DNA of 64,000 bases from Candidatus Berkelbacteria bacterium CG10_big_fil_rev_8_21_14_0_10_43_13. GTDB taxonomy: Bacteria > Patescibacteriota > UBA1384 > XYA2-FULL-43-10 > 1-14-0-10-43-13. The notes below the pieces were generated by a model. The model ran no database searches, was not told the DNA's origin, and saw nothing but the letters and a program-made list of their open reading frames with translations. Positions 9,023 to 18,500 of this stretch are shown one piece after another. Both the position numbers and the translations under genes were made by a program. The stretch's first letter is position 1. Every line of letters starts with the position of its first letter. The DNA lies in assembly GCA_002773985.1 (NCBI GenBank), contig PEZW01000018.1, forward strand, positions 34,240 to 98,239, in the 5' to 3' direction.

Positions 9023-9877
9023 TTATTTTAGTCCAGATATTTTTCTAATCTGAATTAGGCGATTATCAAGCTTCTCTGCCTTAATAAGTAACTCAATTGC
9101 TTTTTCTTTAGTTAGTGATGAAATTTCAGAAATTTTATTCTCGATATAAGCTATCTCTTCTTTCGCCATTCTTGTTAGCGCCACCTGCTCAACTTTTTTA
9201 AATCTACATAATTCTTTATTCGAAATCGAGAGAATTTTACAGATGGAGCTATCAATGGCTTTCCAATATAAGCTAGCATCTTTCTCCCCTTTGAGCTTTT
9301 CTCCTGATAGCCACAATCCCTTGTAGTCTAAGTTACCGCAATTGGGGCTAGACAATATGCAATATAAATGAATATATGAAAACAAAGTAACATTTTTTGC
9401 TGTTGCTTGTCTGTATATTTGACTACTATTTTTTGGGTACTGATACAGCGGCGATACAAGGCAAGCAAAGTCTTTATCTTTTTTCCATTTATCCAATGCT
9501 TCTACTTTAAAATCTTTTTGATTCTTTGCGGTTCTGCTTAATCTAAATAATTTAGCATCAGCGACTATTGTATAGTTTTTTGTTTCACCCTCAACATCTG
9601 CAGAGTCTGCTCTTTCTTTCAAGACTTTTGCGTTTAAACCCATAAATGAAAGCGCCCTCGCTAATAAAACATCAGAATACTTGGAGTATATTTTTTCCTC
9701 AGTCGAATCGTGTGAAAATGACTCAGGAATAATACCGCACTCAAGAAGATGAAGCATAACTTCTTCTTTGGTAAACTTCTCGACTATTGAGATTATCCTT
9801 TCACTATACTCAGTAAAAGAAAGTGGCTCATCAGAAATTTTAGAAATAAAATTTATAATTTCAATTCTTTTCATCAA
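9023..9877 (-). CDS. Type II restriction endonuclease, HindIII-like (PD-(D/E)XK)
   Basis: The block ADVEGET...YTIVADAKLFRLSRTAKNQKDFKVEALDKWKKDKDFACLVSPLYQYPKNSSQIY matches my recollection of the R.HindIII catalytic region (D..D-A-K). It overlaps the C-protein gene by 17 nt, which is characteristic of C-R operons. Confidence 0.6.
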   Translation of the reverse strand: MMKRIEIINFISKISDEPLSFTEYSERIISIVEKFTKEEVMLHLLECGIIPESFSHDSTEEKIYSKYSDVLLARALSFMGLNAKVLKERADSADVEGETKNYTIVADAKLFRLSRTAKNQKDFKVEALDKWKKDKDFACLVSPLYQYPKNSSQIYRQATAKNVTLFSYIHLYCILSSPNCGNLDYKGLWLSGEKLKGEKDASLYWKAIDSSICKILSISNKELCRFKKVEQVALTRMAKEEIAYIENKISEISSLTKEKAIELLIKAEKLDNRLIQIRKISGLK

Positions 9878-10079
9878 AAAGATCCTTTATATTTAATTTA
9901 AGAGATTTAGAAATTTTTTCAATATTCTCCAAGGTTATATTCTTCTCCGCTCTCTCAATCATCCCGATGTAAGTCCGGTGAACACCAGCAAAACCGGCAA
10001 GCTGCTCTTGCGATAGACCTTTCTTCAATCTTTCTTCGCGAACTTTGTCGCCAAATTTTTTTAGAATTTCTTTTTTCAT
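9861..10079 (-). CDS. Controller (C) protein of the R-M system (XRE-family HTH, 72 aa)
   Basis: Small HTH_3 protein (LSQEQLAGFAGVHRTYIGMIERAEKNITLENIEKIS). Its stop overlaps the REase start, and tandem palindromic boxes lie immediately upstream. Confidence 0.7.
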   Translation of the reverse strand: MKKEILKKFGDKVREERLKKGLSQEQLAGFAGVHRTYIGMIERAEKNITLENIEKISKSLKLNIKDLFDEKN

Positions 10080-10094
10080 ACAGATTAAATATAC

Positions 10095-10140
10095 AGATAT
10101 TGCTAACTTTAGTTCTACATACTATAGTTAGCATATAAAA
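10095..10140 (-). promoter_or_regulatory. Putative C-box operator pair (GCTAACT ATAGTATGTAG AACTAAAGTTAGC)
   Basis: A 7-bp outer inverted repeat GCTAACT/AGTTAGC encloses two ACT-N2-AGT cores (ACTATAGT and ACTAAAGT), 20-40 nt upstream of the C-gene ATG. Confidence 0.4.
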
Positions 10141-10321
10141 AGATAAACAAAAGGGGTTTCACTGTCTTTCGCGCGGCGGGAGGGAGGGCAAGTGAAAGTA
10201 AATAATCCGCCCCGCCCACAAAAAGCCCTACTTCGCTGAAGCTACGAAGGAGGCGCCGAGAGCGTGCGCATTCCCTCCCCATACCCCTCATTGCTCACAC
10301 CGAATAAAATTTAGAGCAAAT

Positions 10322-10353
10322 AAAAAACGGCTTACACCGTTTAATTTTGGTGG
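10322..10353. terminator. Bidirectional intrinsic terminator plus the CCA end of the adjacent tRNA-like fragment. Right copy of the 32-bp direct repeat.
   Basis: Identical to 5833-5864. Hairpin AAACGG/CCGTTT with flanking A-run and T-run. Confidence 0.55.
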
Positions 10354-10400
10354 ACCCTAGGAGACTCGAACTCCTGACCTAGCCGATAGATCGGCTCGCG
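10348..10400 (-). pseudogene. Truncated tRNA-like 3' fragment (anticodon arm with a 6-nt loop, T arm AGGAG-TTCGAGT-CTCCT, acceptor 3' strand, ACCA). There is no 5' acceptor or D arm.
   Basis: The reverse complement reads ...AGCCGATCTATCGGCTAGGTCAGGAGTTCGAGTCTCCTAGGGTCCACCA. No complementary 5' acceptor strand (AGGGTCC complement) exists upstream. Confidence 0.45.
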
Positions 10401-10414
10401 AATTTGTTTTTATT

Positions 10415-10491
10415 TGGTGGACCTGACCGGGCTTGAACCGGTGACCTCCTCGCTGCCAGCGAGGCGCTCTAGCCAACTGAGCTACAGGCCC
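10415..10491 (-). tRNA. tRNA-Ala (anticodon GGC), CCA encoded
   Basis: Hand-folded cloverleaf: acceptor GGGCCTG/CAGGTCC with the G3:U70 Ala identity pair, anticodon stem CCTCG/CGAGG, loop CUGGCAG, T arm ACCGG-TTCAAGC-CCGGT. Confidence 0.9.
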
Positions 10492-10645
10492 ATTAAAGAA
10501 AAACAAATGGCCCAACTAAGCTAAGGGCCCAATGTTGTCTGAATACAATTCTAGCACAAAAATCGTCAATCGAGAAGAGCATTGAAGTGCGTTGATTGAT
10601 TTCTGTTTTGCGATATAATAATGACATACTTATTTTGGAGGGAAT

Positions 10646-11839
10646 ATGCCGGATCAGGGGATACTAGAATATATCCGTGCCGAGAAGGCGCGTGGTGTCG
10701 ATGCTGAGACAACAAGAAACGAACTCTTGAAAGCCGGCTGGAAGGTCAGTGATATTGAGGTCGCTTTTCGTGCTATGACACCGGAGCCGACCGTAGAGAG
10801 TCACCCGACTGCCGTGACGGCTACTGATTTTTCGAAACTTACCGAACACAAACCATCACCAACAACGATCGCCTTGCAATCAGTTCCGAAATTCAAGTCG
10901 AAGAGATTGATCTTCGAGCTGTTTGCCGTGATCCTGATAGTTCTAGCCGGCGGGGGAATCACTTATGGATATTATTATCACCTCTCACCTTATCTGGTAC
11001 TGAACAAAAGTATGGGCAAGTTATCTGAAGTCAAGACCTTTGAATATTCTCTCACAATCTCAAACACTGACACATCAAACAAATATGACAACTTCACTCT
11101 ACAGTCCAGAGGCGTCGAAGATATCACTGATTTGAATAACACCAAAAGCTCGATCACTCTGAGTGGCACTTCGGCCGATGATAGCACCTTTACCAATCCG
11201 ATCGGATTTCAAATTGATTACCGCAACATTAGCCACAATATTTACGCCAAAGTAGACAAACTTGATGGACTCGAAGACCTGGCTGCGCCCATCTTCGATA
11301 AATGGATTAAGTTTGATTTAACTCCGATCAAGGAGCAATATGATCTCGACAAAGTTGACGAGCCAGTAGCTGGCAGTAAGGATGCATCCAAGATTTCGTC
11401 TGATCAGAAAGATAAATTGTATAAAGCGCTGAAGGCCGATAAAGTCTTTGACTTTTCAGAAAGATTGCTCAATGAAAAAGTAAATGGTGTCGATGCAACT
11501 CACTATCAAATCACTCTGAACAAAGAAGGTTTTCTAGAATTTTACACCGACGCCGCAAAAATTCTGTTTGACAGAGAGTTTACAAACAATGATATCAAAT
11601 CTATGAGGCAAGATTTACGAGTAATTAATTCCGCCGACATAGAGATTTGGATCGGCAAGAATGACTCACTGCCATATAAAATAGTCGGATCATCGCAAAT
11701 CGTCGATCCCAAGACATCTAAAATCACCGGCAGCTCGACCCTGACGCTGAATTTCAAGAATTTCAACAAATCGGTCACTGTCGCAACTCCTACCGATACA
11801 ATTTCGTTCGAAGAAGCCTTCGGCCTTCTCTTCAAGTAA
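10646..11839 (+). CDS. Hypothetical membrane-anchored protein (one TM helix near residue 95)
   Basis: Long ORF preceded by a TTGATT-16-TATAAT promoter-like sequence and a GGAGGG RBS. No recognisable catalytic motif. Confidence 0.5.
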   Translation: MPDQGILEYIRAEKARGVDAETTRNELLKAGWKVSDIEVAFRAMTPEPTVESHPTAVTATDFSKLTEHKPSPTTIALQSVPKFKSKRLIFELFAVILIVLAGGGITYGYYYHLSPYLVLNKSMGKLSEVKTFEYSLTISNTDTSNKYDNFTLQSRGVEDITDLNNTKSSITLSGTSADDSTFTNPIGFQIDYRNISHNIYAKVDKLDGLEDLAAPIFDKWIKFDLTPIKEQYDLDKVDEPVAGSKDASKISSDQKDKLYKALKADKVFDFSERLLNEKVNGVDATHYQITLNKEGFLEFYTDAAKILFDREFTNNDIKSMRQDLRVINSADIEIWIGKNDSLPYKIVGSSQIVDPKTSKITGSSTLTLNFKNFNKSVTVATPTDTISFEEAFGLLFK

Positions 11840-11884
11840 GATCTATTGTTGCCACAAAACGTCTTGTTGTGATAACATTAATCT

Positions 11885-13183
11885 ATGATTACCGAACATA
11901 AACCGAACTCTCATCAACCATTGGCTGAGAAATTGCGACCACAAACGCTGGATGATTTTGTTGGTCAGGAACACATCCTCGGTGAGGGGAAGATATTGCG
12001 GCGAATCATCGAGTCGGATCGAATTATCCCGATGATTTTTTGGGGACCACCCGGCTGTGGCAAGACTACATTAGCGAAAATTATTTCCAACAAAACTGAT
12101 TCTAGTTTTGTCTTCTTCTCCGCTGTCACCAGCGGCGTTGCTGATGCCAGAAAATTGATCGCCACCGCGCACGAGGAATTGGAAAATAAAAATCACCGCA
12201 CTATTTTATTTGTCGATGAAATTCATCGTTTTAGCAAATCACAGCAAGACCTGTTTTTGCCTTATGTCGAATCAGGCACTATTATTCTGATCGGGGCAAC
12301 AACAGAAAATCCCTCTTTTCAGGTCAACGCACCACTGCTATCCCGTGCTCGGGTTTTTCATTTTCGCGAAGTGACGATCGACGAAATTATTAAATTAGTA
12401 AAGTCGGTGATTAAAAGGATCAACGCTAAGCCGTCAGAATATTTCCCGACTTTATTTGGTGATTATAAAATAAAAATATCGATTACTGAAGATGCACTTC
12501 AAACTATCGCCAAACTTTGTGACGGTGATGTCAGAGACGCATATAACACTCTCGAGCTAGCAATTATTTCCGCTCCTTATTCTTCGAGTGAATCGAGAAG
12601 TAACAGAAGTAGTTCTCGACTAAGCTCGAACGATAAAATAAATATTGATCAAAAACTGGCCGAGGAATCGATCCAGCAGAAATTTATCCGTTACGACAAG
12701 GGAGCCGATCAACACTTCGATGCGATTTCTGCACTTCATAAATCAATCCGTGCCTCACAACCCGATGCCGCTCTACACTACTTGGCCCGTATGCTTGAAG
12801 CCGGTGAAGATCCACTTTATATTGTCAGACGACTTGTCCGACTCTCAGCCGAAGATATTGGTCTAGCTGACCCACAAGCACTAATTTTAGCTACTTCGAC
12901 GCAACAAGCAGTCCATTTTCTCGGCATGCCGGAATGCAATGATGTCATCGCTGAATTAGTCATTTATCTAGCAAAAGCCAAAAAATCCCGCGCAGTCGAT
13001 GACGCCTATAGTGCGGCAAAAAATGATGTTATAAATGCTCGACTTGACCCGATCCCACTCAAAATTCGCAATGCGCCGACAAAAATGATGAAGGATTTTG
13101 GCTTCGGCAAAGACTATAAAATGTACGACCAAGGGTCGCATCTGCCGGAGAATTTGAAAGATAAGAAATATTGGAAAGAATAG
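11885..13183 (+). CDS. rarA: Replication-associated recombination protein A (AAA+ ATPase RarA/MgsA)
   Basis: Walker A (FWGPPGCGKTTLA), Walker B (FVDEIHRF), and a C-terminal MgsA helical domain. It has a Ser-rich low-complexity insertion (SSSESRSNRSSSRLSS). Confidence 0.9.
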   Translation: MITEHKPNSHQPLAEKLRPQTLDDFVGQEHILGEGKILRRIIESDRIIPMIFWGPPGCGKTTLAKIISNKTDSSFVFFSAVTSGVADARKLIATAHEELENKNHRTILFVDEIHRFSKSQQDLFLPYVESGTIILIGATTENPSFQVNAPLLSRARVFHFREVTIDEIIKLVKSVIKRINAKPSEYFPTLFGDYKIKISITEDALQTIAKLCDGDVRDAYNTLELAIISAPYSSSESRSNRSSSRLSSNDKINIDQKLAEESIQQKFIRYDKGADQHFDAISALHKSIRASQPDAALHYLARMLEAGEDPLYIVRRLVRLSAEDIGLADPQALILATSTQQAVHFLGMPECNDVIAELVIYLAKAKKSRAVDDAYSAAKNDVINARLDPIPLKIRNAPTKMMKDFGFGKDYKMYDQGSHLPENLKDKKYWKE

Positions 13184-13233
13184 CTGGAAGTTCAAAGCTC
13201 AAGACTAGAAATCCAATGGTGAGGGTAAAAAAG

Positions 13234-14469
13234 TTATTCGTATCGCAGAGCGTCAAGAGGATTGATTTTAGCGGCGCGATGAGACGGGTAGATTCCGGTC
13301 AGATAGCCAATGAAAACTGAGAGGACAATAATCGTCAGCAAAAACCAGTTGGGGATATAAAACATGTTTATTGCCTCGCCGCCGAAAGATTGGGCGACTT
13401 GGGCAAAAACAACATTGACACTGAACATTGCAATATAACCAAGTATTACACCCGAAGCACCACCAACAAAACCGACTGCGACCGCTTCAAACATAAACAT
13501 CTGCTTAATCGCGCGATCAGTCGCACCGATAGCTTTCATCACGCCAATCTCCCGAGTGCGCTCGAGCAGCGCAATGGTCATCGTGTTGAACATACCGATT
13601 GAAGCGATGAAGAGCGCTATCAATCCAATGACGGCAAAAACTATCTGTGAGATGTGAAAAATTTTGTTCATCTGATCAAGCGTATCGATCAGGGCCGTCA
13701 CCGCAAAACCAAGTGCCGATATTTTATCCTTGAGTACTTGGACCGATTCAGCGTTCATGGCCTTAACTTTGAGCTCGAAATATTGAGAAAAATCAATCAA
13801 GTCAAAATTTTTCAGTGGGACGAACACATAGTTGCTCTCATCTTCGATGACACCGACCACCGTAAACTTGTCCGGAAGTTGGAAAACATCAGTTGTTTCC
13901 GCTGCTGTATTTGGCACAAATAAGTCAATGCCGATTTCCTGATTTAGTGCGACTTTAGAAGTATTGAAATTTAGTAATTTTGCGGTGGAACTGCTAATAA
14001 TTATTTTTTTCGCATCTTCTGGCTCATCGGAGAAAGTTGTGCCGTAGGTCATCGTTTTACCGGCCAAACGAAAGTATGAATTTTTCACACCAAAAAGTGC
14101 GCCCTGAGTTTTGATATCAGTCCCAGATAATTGAGCTGAGAGTGATTTGACTGGGCTGACCTCAGCCACTTCTGGCATAGATTTGATCTTGGAAATGGCG
14201 TCATCATTGATGGGGATAATGTTTGAAATATCGCCATTTGCCAAAACATCCAAGGTAACCAAAGACTCAGCATTTGCCACTTTATCAACAACGATTTTTT
14301 GCAATCCAAAAGTAAGACCAACGAGAAAAAGTACGGCGGCAATACCGATACCGATTCCGAAAACGGTTAGCACTGTCCGCATTTTCTTATTGCGGATTCT
14401 CTGGTAATTGATATTTAAAATGTCGCGAAAGCGAATGTCTGTTTTGAAGATATGCTTTTTCAATTTCAT
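13234..14469 (-). CDS. ABC transporter permease, FtsX/MacB-like
   Basis: N-terminal TM helix, a large periplasmic domain, and a C-terminal FtsX 3-TM bundle. Overlaps the upstream ATPase gene by 4 nt. Confidence 0.8.
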   Translation of the reverse strand: MKLKKHIFKTDIRFRDILNINYQRIRNKKMRTVLTVFGIGIGIAAVLFLVGLTFGLQKIVVDKVANAESLVTLDVLANGDISNIIPINDDAISKIKSMPEVAEVSPVKSLSAQLSGTDIKTQGALFGVKNSYFRLAGKTMTYGTTFSDEPEDAKKIIISSSTAKLLNFNTSKVALNQEIGIDLFVPNTAAETTDVFQLPDKFTVVGVIEDESNYVFVPLKNFDLIDFSQYFELKVKAMNAESVQVLKDKISALGFAVTALIDTLDQMNKIFHISQIVFAVIGLIALFIASIGMFNTMTIALLERTREIGVMKAIGATDRAIKQMFMFEAVAVGFVGGASGVILGYIAMFSVNVVFAQVAQSFGGEAINMFYIPNWFLLTIIVLSVFIGYLTGIYPSHRAAKINPLDALRYE

Positions 14470-15503
14470 AGAACCTCCAATAAAGCCTCAATGTTGTCAG
14501 CAATATGGTGAGCAGTATTTGAATAAAGCCCAGCACCACCATCTTTAGTTGGTAAATCGAGATTTTTTCGCAACGCACTAATAGTGATTTTTTTGTCGAT
14601 AGCCGCCTCAATAAGTATGGCAGTTCGCTCAATCTCAGTCTCAGCAAAACCATCAAGCTGGGTTTTCGACAAAATAATTTTCATTAACTTTATTATTTTT
14701 TCTTCTCTCTTGCTATGCTTTTGCTCGACATAAGTAGTCCAGGAGTTTTTCTTTGCTGGTCGCGATGCCTCGCGATGGTGATGAACGGTTTGTTTAATCA
14801 CTTTACCATCCAAAACGTGAATGACCCTATCCGCGTAGTGGAGCTGTTCTGGGTTATGGGTAACTACTATCATCGTCGTGCCGATGTCGTCGTTTAACCT
14901 TGCAAAAAGATCCATAACCTCTGTGGCTGAGGCCGAATCAAGATTGCCCGTTGGCTCATCAGCAATGATAATTGGAGGCTGACAGATCAGAGCTCGCATA
15001 ACTCCGACACGCTGTTGTTGGCCACCAGAAACTTCTGCTGGCAGTCGATCAGCCAGGGCCGACAAATTGAAATCGTTCAACATCTTCGAGACAATCTCAC
15101 GACGTTTTGCTGGTAGTATTTTAGAAAAAACCAGTGGCAAAGAAATATTATCAAAAATATTTAAAGATGGAATGAGGTCATAAGCCTGAAAAACCATTCC
15201 TACTTTTTCACGATGAAAAATTGCCTTCTCTTCCTTGTTCATCTTGTTTATATCGACACCGTCGATTACAACCTTGCCGCCATCAGGAACCTCTAGGCCG
15301 GCTAATATGTTTAACAAAGTAGATTTTCCAGACCCAGACGGTCCGAAAAGGAAAACAATCTCTCCAGGAAAAACCTCAAAACTGACTCCGGCGAGCGCCT
15401 TGACTCGGGATTGTTCCGATCCAAAAAACTTCTCAAGTTTTTCGACGATGATCACCGGCTTTTTTTTCTCTATTGTTTCTCTTATCATAAGTTTTTTGTC
15501 CAA
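14466..15503 (-). CDS. ABC transporter ATP-binding protein (MacB/LolD-like) with a C-terminal extension
   Basis: Walker A (GPSGSGKST), ABC signature (VSGGQQQRV), Walker B ([11 protein letters not shown]). Confidence 0.9.
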   Translation of the reverse strand: MDKKLMIRETIEKKKPVIIVEKLEKFFGSEQSRVKALAGVSFEVFPGEIVFLFGPSGSGKSTLLNILAGLEVPDGGKVVIDGVDINKMNKEEKAIFHREKVGMVFQAYDLIPSLNIFDNISLPLVFSKILPAKRREIVSKMLNDFNLSALADRLPAEVSGGQQQRVGVMRALICQPPIIIADEPTGNLDSASATEVMDLFARLNDDIGTTMIVVTHNPEQLHYADRVIHVLDGKVIKQTVHHHREASRPAKKNSWTTYVEQKHSKREEKIIKLMKIILSKTQLDGFAETEIERTAILIEAAIDKKITISALRKNLDLPTKDGGAGLYSNTAHHIADNIEALLEVL

Positions 15504-18500
15504 CTAAAGGCCTGTTTCAGACCACCAAGAATCAAATCAAATATCGAAGCATTTCTTGTCGGAGTCAACAACATATACTTGTCTGATTTTGCAACATTAC
15601 CGGCCTTGTCGTTGGAGAGAAGATAATACTGGTAAACGGTCGATGGCTTCAGATCGACCAAGACAACGGTGTGGTTTTTGACCAGATCAGATGAAAGGGG
15701 TGTAGAAATTACAGTTTTGCTACTCAGACTATTCTCAGCATAAACAACCTGACTATCGGCAGGTTTGTTTGTTTGCCATGTTATCACCGTCTGGACCTTG
15801 TCCTGAGATCCGGAAACAAGTGCGGAGCGGTTTTCAACTTTGGAAATTACCGGCGTATTACCATCGGCAGAAGTTGAAAAATTGTAAGAGCCGCTGCGGA
15901 CGGTATCACCCTTCTCTGTTCTCATGACAATATTGAAGGAATAACGTGAATCGTCCGAAAGATTAGATAAAGCTACCGTGTGAGTTCGCCCCAGATTGTT
16001 ATCCGCGACAGATAACGGCTTGGTGCTCAAATCACTATTGTACTCAACTATGCCGGTCGAGAGAGAAGCAGTGTTCCAACTAATACTGACCTTTGTCGTC
16101 TCTATATTATTGACCGAAACCGAGGAGATTGTGCCGGTCAACATCGTCACATCATAAAGACTCGAACTTGTCATATTGCCGGCAACGTCGGCGGACTGAA
16201 TTTTGTACTCATAGTTTTGGTTTGGCTCTAAGTTTTCAACTGTCACCGTATGTGCTCGTGAGTAGTTTGTGTCACCGGCAGTAGCAAAATCATCATTCGA
16301 ACCAATCAGCCGATACAAAACTGCTCCCGTCGAGCGAGTATCAGTGGTCCAGCTGACTGTAAAACTCTTCTCTGAAAGCGCTATCACTGTCGGACCACTA
16401 CTGGAGATCTTTGGCCCCAGACCGGAAACTGTCAAGGTCGGATCGGCGACAGAATTGATGACAGATTGTGCCGATTCAAAGGTTGTGTCACTGCTTCTTA
16501 CCGTCAAAGTAGTAAATGTCGCATCGGTATTGCTGTTTAAATTACCGGATTCATCGCTGGCGCTGACTAAATAATGATAGGTTGTGTCTGCAGTTAAGCC
16601 GCGAATAACCACTGTCTTGGTCTTGGTATAAGTATTGTTGCCTTCATTGGCACCATAAGTGTAATCAGTGGTGACTCCATACAAAACTCGACCAAGCGAA
16701 TCCTCATTTGATACAAACGTAATTGTCGCACCAGATGAGGTAATATCGGAAACTGTAACACTCGATATCGTCGGTGCCGTCACATCAGCAGTATCGGTAC
16801 CGGCCGAGGCAGTTGTGAAAGTGGAGGTATCGCTTGTTGTCGTGTTGCTACTTGCGTCTGTGCTGGAAACATTAAAGTAATAGGTTGTATTACTTGTCAG
16901 CCCAGACAAGGTCACTGCGTGACCGGTAACCGAAGTGGCCGAAGTTTCAGCCGATCCCAGCGAACCGGTGGCGCCATAGTTGACAACTGAATTGCTCGAC
17001 TCTGTAGTTGACCAAGTTACTCCGGCTGTCGTCAGCCCCACCACCGTGTTTATATTGGAGATGGTCGGTCCGGTTGTATCAGCCGCAGTCGAAAATGTCT
17101 GCGTTTCCGCATCGGTATTGGTCGTCTTGTTATTACTTGCATCATAAGATATTACTCGGAAATAATAAGTCGTATTAGAGGTTAGATTGGCCAAAGTGAC
17201 GGAATGACTAGTTGCCATTGTGGGCACGCCGGTTTCCGTTGCATAATTTGTGTCTGTGGAGTAGCCGACAGTTGAGTTCGACAATTCGTCGGTTGTCCAA
17301 GTGATAACGACCGAGTTCGTCGTTGGCGTGCCGGCAGCGACACTGGAGATTGCCGGGCCGGTGTAGTCACCACCACCGGATCCGTTTGGCATCAAGCCGG
17401 TACCTGATTGTGCGGCCGCAGCCGCGGCACTGCTTGGAGTACTGTAATTTGACTCATTTACATGATTGTCAACGACTGTGAGCTTGTAATAGTATGTTGT
17501 CGCATTATCAAGACTAGTATCTACATAATAATTTGTCAGCCGATTACTCACCTGCGCCAGAGTTGAAAAATTGTTGTTGTCTGTCGAGCGATAAAGCTGG
17601 TAATAATTGAATCCTTCCGTTGGGGTAGTAACAACATCCCAAGAAATAAATAGACGCCAATCAGAGGTTGAGGAATTCGATGTATCTTGTATCAGGACAT
17701 TTGTAGGGTTTTGGGCAGTTGTCGTTGAGACGGTAGCCGCAGTATTACCATACTGATCTTTGTAAGAAACATAAATTGATTCAGTCCGATCCACGGCCGC
17801 GCTTGCAGACCACGATTTTGAGGAAGCGTAAGAAATCCAGTTACCAGAGTCAGTATTATTTACGTCGGCAGACAAATCAGCACTATTAGAAATTTTCATT
17901 GAAACAGAGTTGCCATCAGTCGCAGCAAGAGTTAAAGTGTCGGTACGAGAATTTAAAATCACAGAGGTGCTCGTCGGCGCTTTTGAATCCATTGTCAATG
18001 CGCTAGTTTCGTCACTACTAAATTGATTGGCAGAATTACCATCATTTGCTACAAGTTTGATAGTAGCCGAGCTACTTTCAATCCCAGAAATATCGCTCGA
18101 CAGTGTCCAGGAAATACTTTTGCCAGTTCCAGTAGCGACTGTACCGACATCACCACTGACACCAGCGCTGACGCGGAGATAAATTGCATCAGAAGTCGAG
18201 TGAGACGCTGCTGTTGTACTTAGCTGTGCACGAGACAATCCCGACAATGCTGTACCGGACCGAGAGGTATAGGTGATCATCTCACTGCCAACTAAAATTG
18301 TCCCGCCACCAGTTGGCAAGAAGGTGTAAGCACTGGCATCGTCGGCTGTCAAAGTTGCACTCGTACCGGAAGATGTAATATCACCGCCAAGTATTGCACC
18401 AAATCCAGCAGTTAGATAAATACTGGCAGTGCTCTCCTCAGGATCAGACAAATTGTAATTGATTGTATACACGCCCGCTGATGATTCAGTGGGGGAGTTT

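Noticed and set aside
5865-10321. An integrase or recombinase gene inside the repeat-bounded islet
   Set aside because: All five CDSs have other assignments and no integrase, tyrosine-recombinase or serine-recombinase motifs were seen. The islet is therefore non-autonomous or decayed.
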